From NCBI GenBank assembly GCA_964035545.1, contig OZ037769.1, forward strand, positions 5,313,929 through 5,377,928: DNA of 64,000 nucleotides, given 5' to 3'. Of the stretch, positions 23,313 to 37,500 are shown piece by piece. This DNA is from Bugula neritina (Eukaryota; Animalia; Bryozoa). Within the stretch, counting starts at the first letter, position 1. The number at the start of each line of letters is the position of its first letter. The notes under the pieces were generated by a model. That model had not been told where the DNA came from, did not search any database, and saw only the letters and a program-made list of their open reading frames with translations. Made by a program: the position numbers and the translations under genes.

Positions 23313-25878
23313 ATCATGAACACTGCACATTAACTGCATGAACTTAAATTTAAACTTGAAGAACATTGGGAGTAGATCGGGTGAAGTATGTTTTTCAAAT
23401 TTTTAAAAACTAAAAATAATATAAAAAGACGATTAATTTTATCAAGTATATTTTCCCTGAAGCACAAGCTTTTTAAACTTTCCGTTGTTATGCACCTGCT
23501 TTCTACACTAGTGCACGAAATAAAGGACAGACAACTGCCAAGTAAGTAATACTTAGTTACTGCAAGGAATTACTATTTGATGTCAAAATGTATGTATATG
23601 CTATGAAACTGATTTTTTTTTACTACTCTACAGCAAAAACACTAGTAGAACTTTCACTAGACTACACTTTGATGACTGTACACAATCTAATGGTAGCTTG
23701 AAGTCTAAAAACAAACTTGAAAGGACTTCTACCATGATGGCATCCTCCATGGTAAAAGTGAATGAATACCACTACATCTAACATTTACTAACATGTCCAA
23801 ATATACCTCCTAACTCAAAGAACGTAAGAAGGTACCCTTATACTTATACAGGTATACAGTTAGTCATCTGATACATTGCAACATTTTTCTCTCGCCTACC
23901 ATTCTTCCCTTACATAAACAGAATAGTATATTCAGAACAGTATGTATGTAGTGAATAGAATGGACTGTATAACATATATGACTCAAAACTTCCCTCCATT
24001 ATCAACAAACCAATTCTCAGCTCACGAAGAGATTTTATGCACTTTATTCCGTATATCATTGATCTCAAAATGCTGTAAACATTTCACTGGATGCTTCAGT
24101 TTGTATAAGCAGACTGGTTTTAGCAACAAAGCAATATTCACATTGTTTCTCGCATTTATCAACTGTGTCAAACCTGTGACTCCTAAACTATTTTACACTC
24201 CAAACCTCTCTGAAAATTCAGGTGAACTATGGACAAAAAGCTAACTGTCCTGCATCTTGCCCACCACACAGCAAACTGAACTGGTGATTAAAGCCATTTT
24301 CTCGAGGAGAGGTGTTGAAAGGTTTTTACCCTAGTGCTGACATATTCTGTTGCCATCCTTTCATTACAATGTCTAAACATGCTGTAGAGATAATTGACAC
24401 ATCACATGACTTCCAACCAAGTTCCAAACTTTGAGAAGTTGGAAAATTGTGCCATTAGCTAGCTCATGATATGGAAGGGTGAGTGAACAGTCCGTGTGTG
24501 ATAAGTAATGTATTGTATATAATGTTTATATTTTCATTTATCTGGTGCTCAGCTACAAGTCATAATAAGAATGTTTTATCCTCTATATGTAGCATACACT
24601 ATGGAATGCCGAAGCTGCATGACTAGTTTGCATTAGATCAATGTTGTAATAACAAGGTAGACACTCAATAGTATGTTAACTCTATTACAATTTCTAGTAT
24701 ATTTTATATAATAACTATGTGTATACTGCTTATAGATTTTAGACTAAGTAGTTATAGACAAGGAGACGTGTAAGTGGGGTCCCAGTCTTTATAAGCCTGT
24801 ATCTATTAACAGAGATTTAAAAACCTTGGAGCAAAATTAAAATTACTAGAATAATTTTCTAAATAAAGGCTACCTAGTAGTATTACTACTCCTGCAAATT
24901 AGCCTCGCTGACATGTTTGGTTATTGACACGAGTGTGAAAATTGTGCCGTGCAGCTATCCTAGGGAGTATGCACTAGTATAAGGAAAGAAATTAATTAAG
25001 TGAAGATATTAAATTCCCAACAGCAGAGAGGCTTAAAACATGCTTGTGGTAAACTAAGAACCCTCACAACTAATGACAGGTAGCTGAGAATATGCTGCCT
25101 ACAACTGACTGGCAGCACAGGGTTGCTGACTGTGAAATGGTGACTATTAGTTTACCAAATGGCTGACCAACATTGAGTGTTCCATTGTTTGAAGAATAAT
25201 TCTATTTGAAAACAAGGACTGGAAGCATTCCTGAGATTAAATGCAGTGTTATTTTGAAAGAGTAAAACAATTACTAATTTTGGTCTGCAACGATAAATCA
25301 CCATCAATTTTGATATATTGTCTGCCAATAATAAAAAATGAAGGACGCTTCAAGTTCTTGAGTGTTGGTATGCTAGCAACACTCTCAAGTTGTTTATTTA
25401 GACATGAATCAAATTTTATTCAAAGAAATATTAATTAAAATGAACTTTTAGAGTTAACTCATTTGCAAGTAAGATTAGCTAAGAAACTAACAGGGTGTTC
25501 AACAGTAAAAACTAAGAATGTCATTTAAACTTGCTGGCTATAAATATAAATGCAAATGCATTGCTTCAAAGTCTTATTTTCAAAATCATTTTATTATTTC
25601 GTTTCAAACTTAGGCATATACTTCAGTTACAAATTGTAGCATGTTATTAAAAATAATATTTGTATAGTATCATTAGTATTATATTACAGCTACTAGCTTG
25701 CCATCACAACTCTGTGGTCATTCAGCTACATTGTAATTTACATTGTATAACCTTTGACTTTTGAGATAAAACCCAACATATTATTTGAAATATATTTTGC
25801 CAATAAACATAGTAACGGAATTTTCAACTAGCCTGAAGTTGACCCTTCTTCCTGAATCAACAGGCAGCAGCAGGGCGA

Positions 25879-26026
25879 ATTGTTCTATAAGCAGCTTCGA
25901 GTTAGGGGTGAAGGAAGATTTCAATTTGGGGTCTCAAGTTTGGGGTTGGGGGACCTAACTCCAAATTTGAGACCCCCAAACCGAAGTCACCCTTCGCCTC
26001 CAAGCCGGGGCTGCTTATAGAACAAT
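25879..26026. mobile_element. Foldback / MITE-like palindromic element
   Basis: 17-bp perfect inverted repeat ATTGTTCTATAAGCAGC/GCTGCTTATAGAACAAT, with inner arms GGGGTCTCAAGTTTGGGGTT/AACTCCAAATTTGAGACCCC; related copy at 5.85 kb. Confidence 0.7.
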
Positions 26027-28224
26027 ATAGGCAATGCTGCTGCTTTCAGCTCGAGTCGGTTTTCCCATATGCCGGCAAAGTTGTCTCACCTTGTTGGTGT
26101 TTATGCCGTGTCCATGTTTTCTACAGCCTTGCTGATTAATCAGTCACCTCCCAGTTTAAAGTTTAAAGCAAAAAGTCTAATCCTAGGCTTAGCACATAGA
26201 ATTATCTGACTAGGATATAGCCTAAGCTCACAGGAAAACACATGGGTTGTGCGTATCACAACGCCTATCAAACTGATGGAGAGACTTGAACATGTGGTAT
26301 GGTAATCCTTTTATTTGTCCAGTTCTTATCAGTGATAACAATTTTACATCTGAAAGTGTTACAAACCAAGAGCAATTTCATGTGTAACTGCATGAGATCC
26401 AAGGGGCCATTTGAATAAGTGTTTGTTGGTGCAGCTATAATACTTTCTTAACAACTATAATAATGCTGTAGTTTCATGTCTTCAACCAGCAAAAGTCTTT
26501 AAGTTCAATTAACATAATATATTGTACACTCATGGAAGACAAGTCTTGAGTTTACGGTTCTAGTTGGCTGTAAACATTGCCTGATGGTTCAATATATTAT
26601 TTGCCCGATTTCAAATTCACAGTTAGTTTAAGGTCACACTTTTCATTTTCTGGCTCTTTGCCAGGTGCTTTATGTTCTATATGAACAATGTTCCACTGAT
26701 AGCTCGAACAGGTTGAATGTCACAGGAACAAAAAAAATATGAAAAGATAAAGAAACTTATGTTCTCCAATATACTTTTTTATTTTTTTCAAAAACCAATT
26801 CATGTTTAAGTTATAGCTTGTTGAAAAACATAGTCCCCCTTCCACATTCTTTTCAATTTATACGCTCCTGACTTGTTATTGCGTCTCAATAATATGCCTT
26901 GTATTTGAGTGCTAGTTAGTCTCGCTTCACTAACTTTGCCTATACTTCACAAGTGCCAGTGCTGCTGGCTCAAAAGCTAAATGTTATAAACTGTCAGCTA
27001 AAACCCAATCTTGTATTCCTAGGTTGGTTGGCCTAAATAAAACAATAGTCAAATCATGATTTCATGTTTTAAAAATTTACTCTATTCTAACCTGCTGCCT
27101 AGCTATAGTTCTATTTTTGATGTATAATTACAAAATTTGTGATACATTTTTTTGGCAACCATGTGATTTATAAAATGCAGTAATGGTACTTATAATATTA
27201 TAATATTATTATCATTATAATATATTATATAGTATTATGTGTGTTTTTATTATACTGCATAATATCTATTTTATTATTGTTGTTGTGCAAACAAGTGCAA
27301 TTAACCTAGTTTTCAAAATGTACCTCTAAATTATCAGAATATCAGTTTAGATATGTTCATGCTTTGTAAGGTAAACCTAAAAAAAGAGGCTGTATTCCCA
27401 AAGTAAAGGGTGTTGAACTATGAACTATATTAGATTAGCCACTCTGCTACCAAGTGCATCAGTATAATATTATATGAATAGCTCTGATGCTTTGTCTCCG
27501 GTGGCTGGCTGCGATATGATAACTTGGCCAACTTCCAAGAGTTTAAAATTGGCGCAATTATTCAAGAGGTTACATACTGCACAGAGCTAGCAGTGATAGT
27601 AACCTTGCTATTGACAGTACTTATTACAACTGCCAGCATATAAGCTGCATTGTAGAATGCCGTTGGGGTAGGCTAGTAAAACCAAATTCTGCTCTCTAAT
27701 ATACCTTAGACACAATGCAGCAACACAATTTTTAGTTTCAAATTACATTTGCCACCCTTACATGAGCTGTGGGCTTCATAAAGATTCATATGATTAGAGA
27801 TTTATGCTATAGGCCCTATCTGTGCTAGTGTATGATGAAAATAACACACCATTGTCAAAGTTAACTTCAAGTATGTTGTTTTCCAGAAACTCAGTAATGT
27901 CCATTTATCTCTCGCATACAAATACTTATGTAATACCATACAGTTTAAGTTTTATTTTAGAGCACATCTGCAAACTCTACAATAAGAGCTTGCTTTACCA
28001 GTCTATTTCAGACCTGTTTTTGTAGCTAGTAATACGCAAGCTACTTATTTTTAAACTTTTGGGTTATTTGTTCAAAACCATTAGCTTTGCTAGTAACCCG
28101 AGACTATTGCAACAGTTGACTGCTATCAACATGAATTGACAGCCTAATAATTATAACCCTTTTGCGCGCGAAATATTTATGTAATGATAGTTACTCATAT
28201 AGTGCGCGTCTTATTAACGATGAC

Positions 28225-28302
28225 TGCGTGGTCTAGAGGTTAGAGGCGTCAGCGAGGAGTTAGTTGGTTATGGTTCAACCCTGTCTTGTCGCAATTTTTT
28301 TT
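28225..28302 (+). mobile_element. tRNA-like SINE head / tRNA pseudogene
   Basis: A-box TGGTCTAGAGGTTAG, B-box GGTTCAACCC, then an oligo-T run; no intact cloverleaf. Confidence 0.5.
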
Positions 28303-31300
28303 GTCAACTTATGCAAATCCTACGCATGTATAATAAATATGACTATAATTGTAAAGTTTTTTTTAACTTTTGTTCAACAGTAAGACAACATACATGCATA
28401 ATAATTAGATACTGAACACTGGACTAAACCTTAAATTGATCTTATAGAATACAATGTACTTAAAATAATCATATGTGAATTAGAGAAACTGAAAGTACAC
28501 CTGCTGCTCTATAGACAGACCTTTACTGACAAGACTGCAAAGTGAAGTGATTTAGCTGAAATTAACTCTGCCAAACAAACAAAGAATTATGTTGTGCTGA
28601 GGCATTTTCAATATATTATTGTAACATAGTGAGATGATTCAGCTAAGTGCTAATGTAAAACAGGGAACATTATATTGGCAGAAATCCAATAGACTGCCAA
28701 TTTGTGCGAGAGGGTACTATATGTTATTGTGATAGCGCAGAGCGGCAAACGTACTAGGAATGTTATAATTAGTCACAGGAGCGTAGCTAGAACCACCATA
28801 TGAAGAATTTAGAAAATTGCAGTGAAACTTGCAAAATGGTGTATGTTTTTACCAAATTGTGAAGAGCATAAACAGAATTTTAAAAAACAAAGAAAGTATA
28901 TTAGAGAAAACATATCAAGGAATGTCAAGTTTAACTTTTATACTTTATAAAATGAATCCCCTGTGCTACAGCAGTGGAACATGGAGGGTGTAAAATTTTA
29001 CTTATTATGCAACAACTTTCTCAAAAAAATTTTTATTGAAAAATTAAAAAAGTATATGAAAGAGGAATGCAAGAGCTATCTTTTCATGTAAAATTTGTTA
29101 ATGTGAGACAAAAACTGTTCGAGCTATCCCCTGGAAACCGTTTATATATAACATAAAGCAGTGCCTGAATCTGGAAAGTAATGACCTTAAACCAACTGTG
29201 TTGTGCTGAGAATTAAAGACTGTGGTGAAGTCTAACTGGGACCGAATGTTGCTATTAATCCATATTCTGGCCAAACACAGGTGATTAATAACCATAAGTT
29301 GATTTTTTTGCAAAACCATAATCTGTTCCACAAGTAATTTATGTGGATAATTTCTGCAACAGCGTACTACTGATATCAACACCACTGAAGATTTGGATGT
29401 TTCAAATTTTATTTTCCATTTATCTTATAAGGAATACATGTTGAAAAGGTCTGTTTTAATAAACCAGCATTATAGGTAAGCTTTAGGGGGAGAAAAATTA
29501 GACTCTTTATATACAGTTTGTTAATTTGGCAAGGTGGTGGTGTTGGTATAGGTGTTGCATGGGGAGGCGATTTCCTGGTTTACTACCACTAGAGTTGCAG
29601 GTTCGTTTTCAAAGAATAAGGTGATTGTATTGTATTCTAGAGTTGATTATGAAGTGCAGGAGGGGTGGGAGGGGAGGGCTCAGGCTATAGCAAGCAGGGT
29701 ATAATGCTGTGGAAAAATTGCTAAAAGTTAATACGATGTGCTAGTTTTAAAATCACACTAATAACATCAATGTTCGCTGCCGATGTCGAACAGCACAAGC
29801 TCTAAATAACCTCCCTATAAGCAGTAATAGCCAATCCAATGAAATGAAAATGGAGTTTTTGGAAAGATAAAAGGTGGCAGCATGTCATGTCATCTACAAA
29901 CGCCATACATGTTGCTGTTTTCAATTTACTTCAATTTCTGAAACAGATTTTAGCTTTCTCTTCGTAAGTCAGCAATCAATATAAAAATAATGAAATTATG
30001 GCAGCAATATCAACTTAGTTATTATAAAAATAAATACAGGGTTGATTGCCATTTGCATTTTGCATTATCCCTGAAGCTGAATTGCTCATTGACTTCTACT
30101 TCAAAATAATGAACCATTATTACATAACCCTGTAGATTAAACTTAGAAGTTTAAATTTTTATCTGGGGAAATCATTTTCTCAAGTAAAATTTAATTGAAT
30201 GCGAAACAGCTAAATGAAATGACAGCTATCATCTTAAGGGAACTTTATCAGTCTTTAAATTTTTCCAATTTTATCTATAGCTTACATTTGGATTAAAGCT
30301 AATAGTAGTGTCCGATAATGAGTTGTATGTGGCCTAAATGCAGACTTACAAAATTGTTCAGTACTAGCCAGATACATGGCATTTAAATTCTAAAAGACTG
30401 AAATTACTGAAAACAGAAAAATCAGCTTTTGAACTTTTGAACACGAGCAGAATCGAGTCTTAGTGACATAACAATCAGACTGCAACGAGTATGCTACCAT
30501 CAGAATTTCAACATCTGTTATAATGTTAGCTAGTAACTAGTAGTCTAGTACCAGAAGATCATCAATATACACACCCTAGCCACAAAATCCTCGATTAGTG
30601 TCACTGACTAGCTGAGATGGTTTGATGAAGGATGCCACAAACCACAAGCTAAGTGCAGATCATAGCTTTTGACTATTTCCAGTGTTTATGCAGTTATAAT
30701 AATGACAATATTATAGATTATCATGTTGCCAAGGGGTCACGACCTTTAGTCTTATCATTAACTTATCGAAACAGTGGCCAAGACTTCGAGCAGAGATAAT
30801 AGTGTTGACACTAATCATCGTTTTCGAAATTAATCATCAACTGGCAAATGAGGAAAATGACATAATAATTCTCAGATAAATACCGCATTTCATTGTGATT
30901 CAATGCTCAGTTTATAAATGATAAACATTGTTCAGAAAAACATAAACAAGAGGTCATGCAAATTATATAGTATTGCACCAGAATATTCACATCATTCTCA
31001 AGAGTGAGATTGCAAATGATTGAAAGATTGCGTGACTTGAGAGAAAGTAAAACTTAGCATCTAAGTTATAATTACTGGTTATTCTGAGAGTATACAAAGG
31101 AAGAAAGACTGCTACCACTCGAGCACTGCGTGTACTACAACTGCATCAAACATAATGAGTTTTCAAGTGTTTTCTAGTTAGTCTGAGATCGAAGTGCATT
31201 GTACAGCTAAACAAGTGGTGACAGAGAACTTTAGCCATGTTTTCTTAAGCTCTGGAGGGGTCACAGCTAGCATTCCTCTCAGAAATAGACTATAACTTTA

Positions 31301-33159
31301 GTAAAATCTCATTAACATGCAATAAAGAAGAAATTTCAATAGCCCCAGTTCTTATATTGTTTTCAAGTTCATTTACATTCGAAATGTGGGCATGTGGAGG
31401 AGGGGGGAGCATTCAATTTCTCAATAAGTTTTGCTAGGCTAATATGGTGTAAGGCAGCAATAACAAAATGAAGGTAATTGTAGATTACTTGGAAAGGAAA
31501 TAAGCACCAAGAGAGATGCGCCATGGAGAATTCCAATGATGAAATGTTGGGGTATTTGCAGCTTGTTGGGCAACTGACTGTAAATTAACAAAAGGCCTGA
31601 AATCGCCATTTCTTTTCTGAAATAATATTTTCAAACTTTTAAGCTAATGATTCACTTGCAAAGACAAACTTATAAAAGATCCAAGTCTAACTCAGGACTC
31701 TAAGTCAAAATCAAGATTCTGAATCTTACAAGATATAATAATATGTGCAAATAAAGAGACATGTTCCAAACAAATTTTATCATTTGCCAGAAGGAGAATT
31801 AAAAGTTGATCACATGACCTGGCTCAGTAAAATGCAAGTTTTGTGAAATTAGTACTGCCTATAACTGCCGAGGTGACTAGCTCTAACTATTTTACTAATT
31901 AAGATACTGGTTCTGAAATGAAATTACGCTTAAGTGTGTTATTTGTTATAGACTTGTGCCTACTTATGTAACTGCAAGAGCCTTCCAAAATACGCCACAA
32001 GTAAAACTTGCATTATCTGACGATATTCAGCACTAATTGCTACACTATATACTTACTACACACCAGCCGTAGATGTAAAGTTTGGGGCTAATGTTTAAAA
32101 CTAGAAGTTAACTTTTGCCAGAACCAACTACATGGAACTCTCACCCAAAAAAAACTCATCTCAGATTTTACCAAAAAGGACAAGTCAAGAGATTACACAA
32201 AGAATTTCACCGGTAGGAATTAAAAATGAGTTTCTGGCAAGCTGCTGGTTACAAAGTTGAGGCTTATTTGTTGCTGCTATTGTGGCAACCTTGCTGCCCA
32301 GCTTATTTTATTTCAAACAAATACTTCAGTTGAATATATAATTATTATAATAATTATAGTTCAATAATGAGATACGAATAGCACGACAAAGTTTTTCTGA
32401 GAAAGTCAAATACAAGAAACTAGACTGTAGTAGTATACAGCATAAGTACGTAAAGTAAAAGAGCAGGTGAAAATAAACCTTTCCAAAATATTAAATTTAT
32501 AATAAGCTGCAAATGCTATGCAGGTTGCAACAAGTGCTATAGAATATTAGATATGTGCTAATCTAATGCATACGATGCCAGCTTGTGCAGTTGAAACTAT
32601 TAGTATTAGTGTTACATAGGCATAGTGATATTGCAGGTATGATATTGCATAACAGTATCAGTATGTAACAATGTACAACTTTTCCTGACAATCACAATGA
32701 CAATGTGACTCGCTATAAGTATAAGTATAAGTTCAACTAATACTATTAGTATTAGTATTACTGGGTTATCTGTGGTAATGCTGTAATGGTACAAAAGCTG
32801 TTCAGGCTCCAGGTAAAGGATTGCAAGACGAAGGTAGGGTGCGCGGTAAGAGAAAATAGCGTGTTATTAAAATTGTGTTAATGCCAAAATGCAAAACATA
32901 AAAGTAGTAAAAACTTTAACAACGTACCTTGGAATCAAACTCTATCTATTGGTCAGAACTCATAGGATAGGTCATAGGAATTAGGATAGGTTTAGCTAAA
33001 GCCAGGGTGGTAAGGGTAACTAAGCATAAAATACAAGCTGTTTATACAAATGGTTGTTGATCAAAACTTAAACGTCGGTTGTTGAGTTTAGTAAAATAAA
33101 TTATATTAATCTACTCAAAGTGAACGTCATCCCTGCAAGTTGAAGTTATGGTCGAGCTC

Positions 33160-33320
33160 AAGTTTTACGTAGCCAATTTCCCTCGCTGAAATGAAGACTA
33201 TAATTGCAGAAGGCCATGTGCGTTGTCACGTGGAGAGGCGTGTAGTCTAGTATCTCTTTAACCAATAATGTTTATTTATTAGGATTTCCGCAACCAGCTA
33301 GTGTGATCATGACGCGTCAT
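33160..33320. promoter_or_regulatory. Candidate promoter between divergent PCBP and MOCOS genes
   Basis: Local CpG enrichment, E-box GTCACGTG (~33225), CCAAT boxes and palindrome TGACGCGTCA (~33310). A strong minus-strand donor AAG|GTACGT lies at 32928/32927. Inferred only. Confidence 0.4.
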
Positions 33321-34566
33321 CAACAGAGAAGATAAGTCTTGAGATATAGCTTTATAATCTATATAGTTGATTGAACTGGAATAATATTAATTATTATTAC
33401 CATCATGATTGCTCATTCATGAAAACTGGCTGAAAATGAACTATCCTCCTATAATAAATTTAATTTACTATACATGCTGAACCAGAATACATGATGTTTC
33501 ATTTTAGTAGCACTATACTTGTGTGATCTGTTATGAAGTTTGAAATTATTATACATGTTATATGTATTTTAGTAATTCAACTATCATATTCTATACATGT
33601 AATTTTTAAATGTACAAAGCAAAAATCAGATGATGTACTATTAAGTATAAGCTGTGCTAAAGTTGCATTCACAAATATATGATATTATGATTCAACTATA
33701 GGGTAATTGTAATTTTTGAGTATGTGTAGTAAAGTATTATGATATTTGACTACCTAGAAATAAGGTGAATTTATATTTTTATATGGTTGGGGCTTATAAA
33801 GCTGTACAATGTTATATTCTTCTTACTTGTAAGGAGAGTAGTGAACTATAATTTACCACACGATTGTGAGAAACAAATACACTTATGATATAAATATAGA
33901 GTTGTCATCTTTTTTATTGTAAAAGTTTAAAAAGTATGCGTTTATTCATATCCGTAAAATTACGTTCGTTTTACGATCGGTGCTGATATAAGCTCCTCCC
34001 CTCCAGGAGTTTCACTTTGAAATCGAAATGAATGAAGATACAGCCTAATTAATTAGACTAAAATCCTTTGAAATACTTTATGGCCATCGTCATATTCATG
34101 ATTAATTTTTGTAACCAATTACAGTAACCATAGATTTAAAGCTATAGCTATGCTACTAGTTATAGTAATACTTAATCTTGTTGATATTGAATGGCAATTT
34201 TAATGGTGATGTTGTTAAACTGAATCTTGAAGTTGAACTAAAACTAGATATAAGATAAAGTTGAAGTTTAAAATTAGAGTGAATATTATTCTTTACTCAC
34301 TTACTTATTATGATTATTATTTATTAGCATTATGAAGATTATAGCAAATTGACGCTAGTAATCACTTAATTTTACTCTAAATTTGTCATTGTTTTTTTTT
34401 ATAATCATAATGATAATGATACTCCTAGTCATTCAGTCAAACTCGCAAACTCACAGTGATGAGATATCTTTGCTTTGACATTGTGATTATAATAGACAAA
34501 GTATATTAGATACATTGTCTTTTTTATTATCTTATTGTAGACTATTCGCAGACTGAAAATCTAGAA

Positions 34567-37500
34567 ATGGCTTATAACATGGAAAAAGACAGTTTGGAAA
34601 AGCAGAAAAATGCAAACAAGTTGTCAGGTATGCAATAAAGAAGTTACCAGAAGTTACAGAATTTAAAACTGCTAATAAATATTGAGCACAACCTACAAAT
34701 ATTGTTGAAATAGTTAAGAATTTCAAACTCCTGTTACAGGTATTTGTTACCTGGACAACGCAGGTGCGCCTCAGCCATCTATTCGACTCCTTGACACCCA
34801 TATGCAGTTCCTCAAGCACTCATTTCTGTGTAACCCACATACTAGTGTAGAAAATGATGAACTAACATTTGATTATATTTCGGAAGCTAGGCAACTGTAA
34901 GTTTATTTTACTATATTTGACTTCATGTTTAAATTAGAGTGCACTTTAGATCTCGACTCTTTTATCATCTCAACTTTTGTGCTGATTTAGCCTATGCTCT
35001 ATCAATTTTTATAGAATTCTGAAGTATTTCAAAGCTGCTGATGAGTACAAGGTAATATTCACATCGAGTGCCACTGCAGCTGTGCGTATGGTTGGTGAGT
35101 TGTTTGACTATGGCAGTTCCGGAGCTTTCTATTACCTTGAAGACAATCACACTTCGGTCATCGGTATGAGAGAGTATGCCAGAGCCAGGCACGCCAGGGT
35201 ATGCTGCTTAACAACTGACACCATGTTGACATTCACTGCAGGTATTTGTTTCTGTTTTGAGAATTTGTTGTTTTGAAATGTGTTTATTAGTTTTAGTTAC
35301 TGAAATTGATTATATGTAGAGATAAAATCATATGCTATGTTTTGTTATTTTCAGAATTTTTGCCTTTTTAAATCGTTTAGTGAATGTTACGCCATATGCC
35401 GCACTAAATGCTGTGTTTGAAGATACTTTATAGACTGTGCTCTATGAAATATGTATACATGTGTTTAGGTTATAAACTGAAGGTATTGGCAGTCCCTTCT
35501 CTCTCTGTGTTGGTTGTGCCAATACTTTCTGAGATAAAACATATTGTAGGATTTACTTGGTATATAAATATTGAAATCAGTTCATCTAAAGATTGAGATA
35601 GGATTGCAGCTTGTCATGGCGTAGTAAATTGCTACTTGTTGCTGTTTAAAACTCTCTCAACTATTCTTAGAAAATAGTTATTATGGTATATTTTTCTTCG
35701 AAGGTTGTTTGGAGTTGTCTTTCAAAGGCACTTGATAAAGAAGTTAAAGCACAATTTTTGTCCATAAATAAAATCAGTGCAAATGGTTGATGGTAAAATT
35801 TGAACGACTTATTTTCACGCTGTTCTAGTAATTGCTGACTCTTTTAAAAAATGCCTTCCCATGGTCCATGCTATATGGATAATCTAAGTAACAGAGTTGT
35901 ATAATGCACTGCCATTGCCTGTATAAAGTTGCGTTTATACCTCTGCTGAAAAAAGTACCGAGTTTAAGTTAATAATGCTTGTCCGGGTACCCCTTTATGG
36001 TCAAACTGAAACTCGTTGAAATCATATTGATGCGGTTGCTCTTTTTCTGAAATTGAAATTTGACTCGCATAATAGCTATTTGATGCCCTTTGTAAACATC
36101 GTAAATTAGTCAAGCGGAAAACATAAAAGCGATAATTAAGAAGGCGTAGGTTATATAATTATAACCGTATAAGTACGTTGTCTAATCGCCAAAGTAATAA
36201 CTAAATAACGATGTTTACAAGGAGTTATTACTCCTTTTCTAAATTTGGCCGATTAAGTTATCACAGTACAAAAATTTCAACGAGTGGCTTTTACAATGCA
36301 ATGCAACTCGGAGAAATTTCAACCCGGCCAAATTGAAATTTTGACCGAAAATCGTGAAGGTATAAACGCAACTTTACTCATATTTTATTGACACTTTTTT
36401 CTGAAAAATATATTCCCTGATAAATGTTGATAGTCAGTCATTGATTATGCAGTCAAAATTCTTTCAAAGGTTACATACTTTCTCACACTTTTCAGCTCCC
36501 AACAAGTGTGGCACTGGTCTCTTTGTTTACCCTGCGCAATCTAACTTCTCTGGTAAGAGGTATAACACATCGGACTGGCCGGGACAAATTAAAAGTCACA
36601 TGACGAAAAAGTTCCCTTTTAGCAAAGACTGTAGCGACTGGTACATCATGGTTGATGCCGCATCCCTTCTAAGCACATCATTCATGCACCTTGATGGCTC
36701 CTCTATAGATTTTGTTCCAGTATCATTTTATAAGATATTTGGATATCCTACGGGTATAGGTAAGAGTTTTGTTCTCATTGTATTGGGGTTTAATCTTTTT
36801 TTCTGTGGGATAACCAATAGAAACTGTGTTAGCGGGACTGAAAAACTAAATTTGTTTGCTGTTCTACTTCTTTTGCAAGCCATAAGTGTGTGGTTTTCCT
36901 GTTTATGTAAAGAAACTGATAATTGTAAACAGTGTAAAAATAATGAAATATTTTTATAAATGTAGCTAGAATATTAGAGTTGTTTAAACAATATTTAAAT
37001 GGATAATGTTACTCAATAGCAACTATTGATGGCAATATTTTGGCCTTTGGGCAATGACACTCTTTTGAAATAGGATTTAATTTATGAGTCAATGGGTAAT
37101 TTGGTATAAATTCAAATGGTTGCATTACCTCAGCGTTGCTATTTCACTAAACTAATTTGAATATTTTTATACCCAATATGTATGCAATATGCTGGCGTAC
37201 GTAGTTCCACTGCTACAAGTACTATGAGTATGTTATGATCATGTGTACTGTAGGTGCACTTTTGGTGAAGAATACATCAGCCCACAAATTGAAGAAAGTA
37301 TACTTTGGAGGTGGAACTGTGGAGGGAGCTGGAATCCATGAGTACTTTCATTATCCCAAGTCTGACACATCTGCATGGTGAGTTGTACTGTCAACTTGTT
37401 GTGCTCTTTTCACGTCGTCATTTCTGTACACCGTCACTTTATTTCTATAATTTAATTTCTAATACAAACTATACATTGGTCATTTTAGTTTGTTTAGTAC

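Noticed and set aside
23110-23341. LPTY-repeat ORFs
   Set aside because: Translation of the (ACCT)n microsatellite.
30125-30170. miR-10/100-like ACCCTGTAGAT
   Set aside because: The match stops after about 11 nt and the flanks do not form a pre-miRNA-like hairpin.
16200-32794. Short 60-100 aa ORFs in the intergenic/leader region
   Set aside because: Residue composition typical of AT-rich non-coding DNA, no phase-consistent exon chains and no recognisable motifs.
34028-34048. MOCOS uORF MNEDTA*
   Set aside because: Cannot show that it lies in the mature 5'UTR without a mapped TSS.
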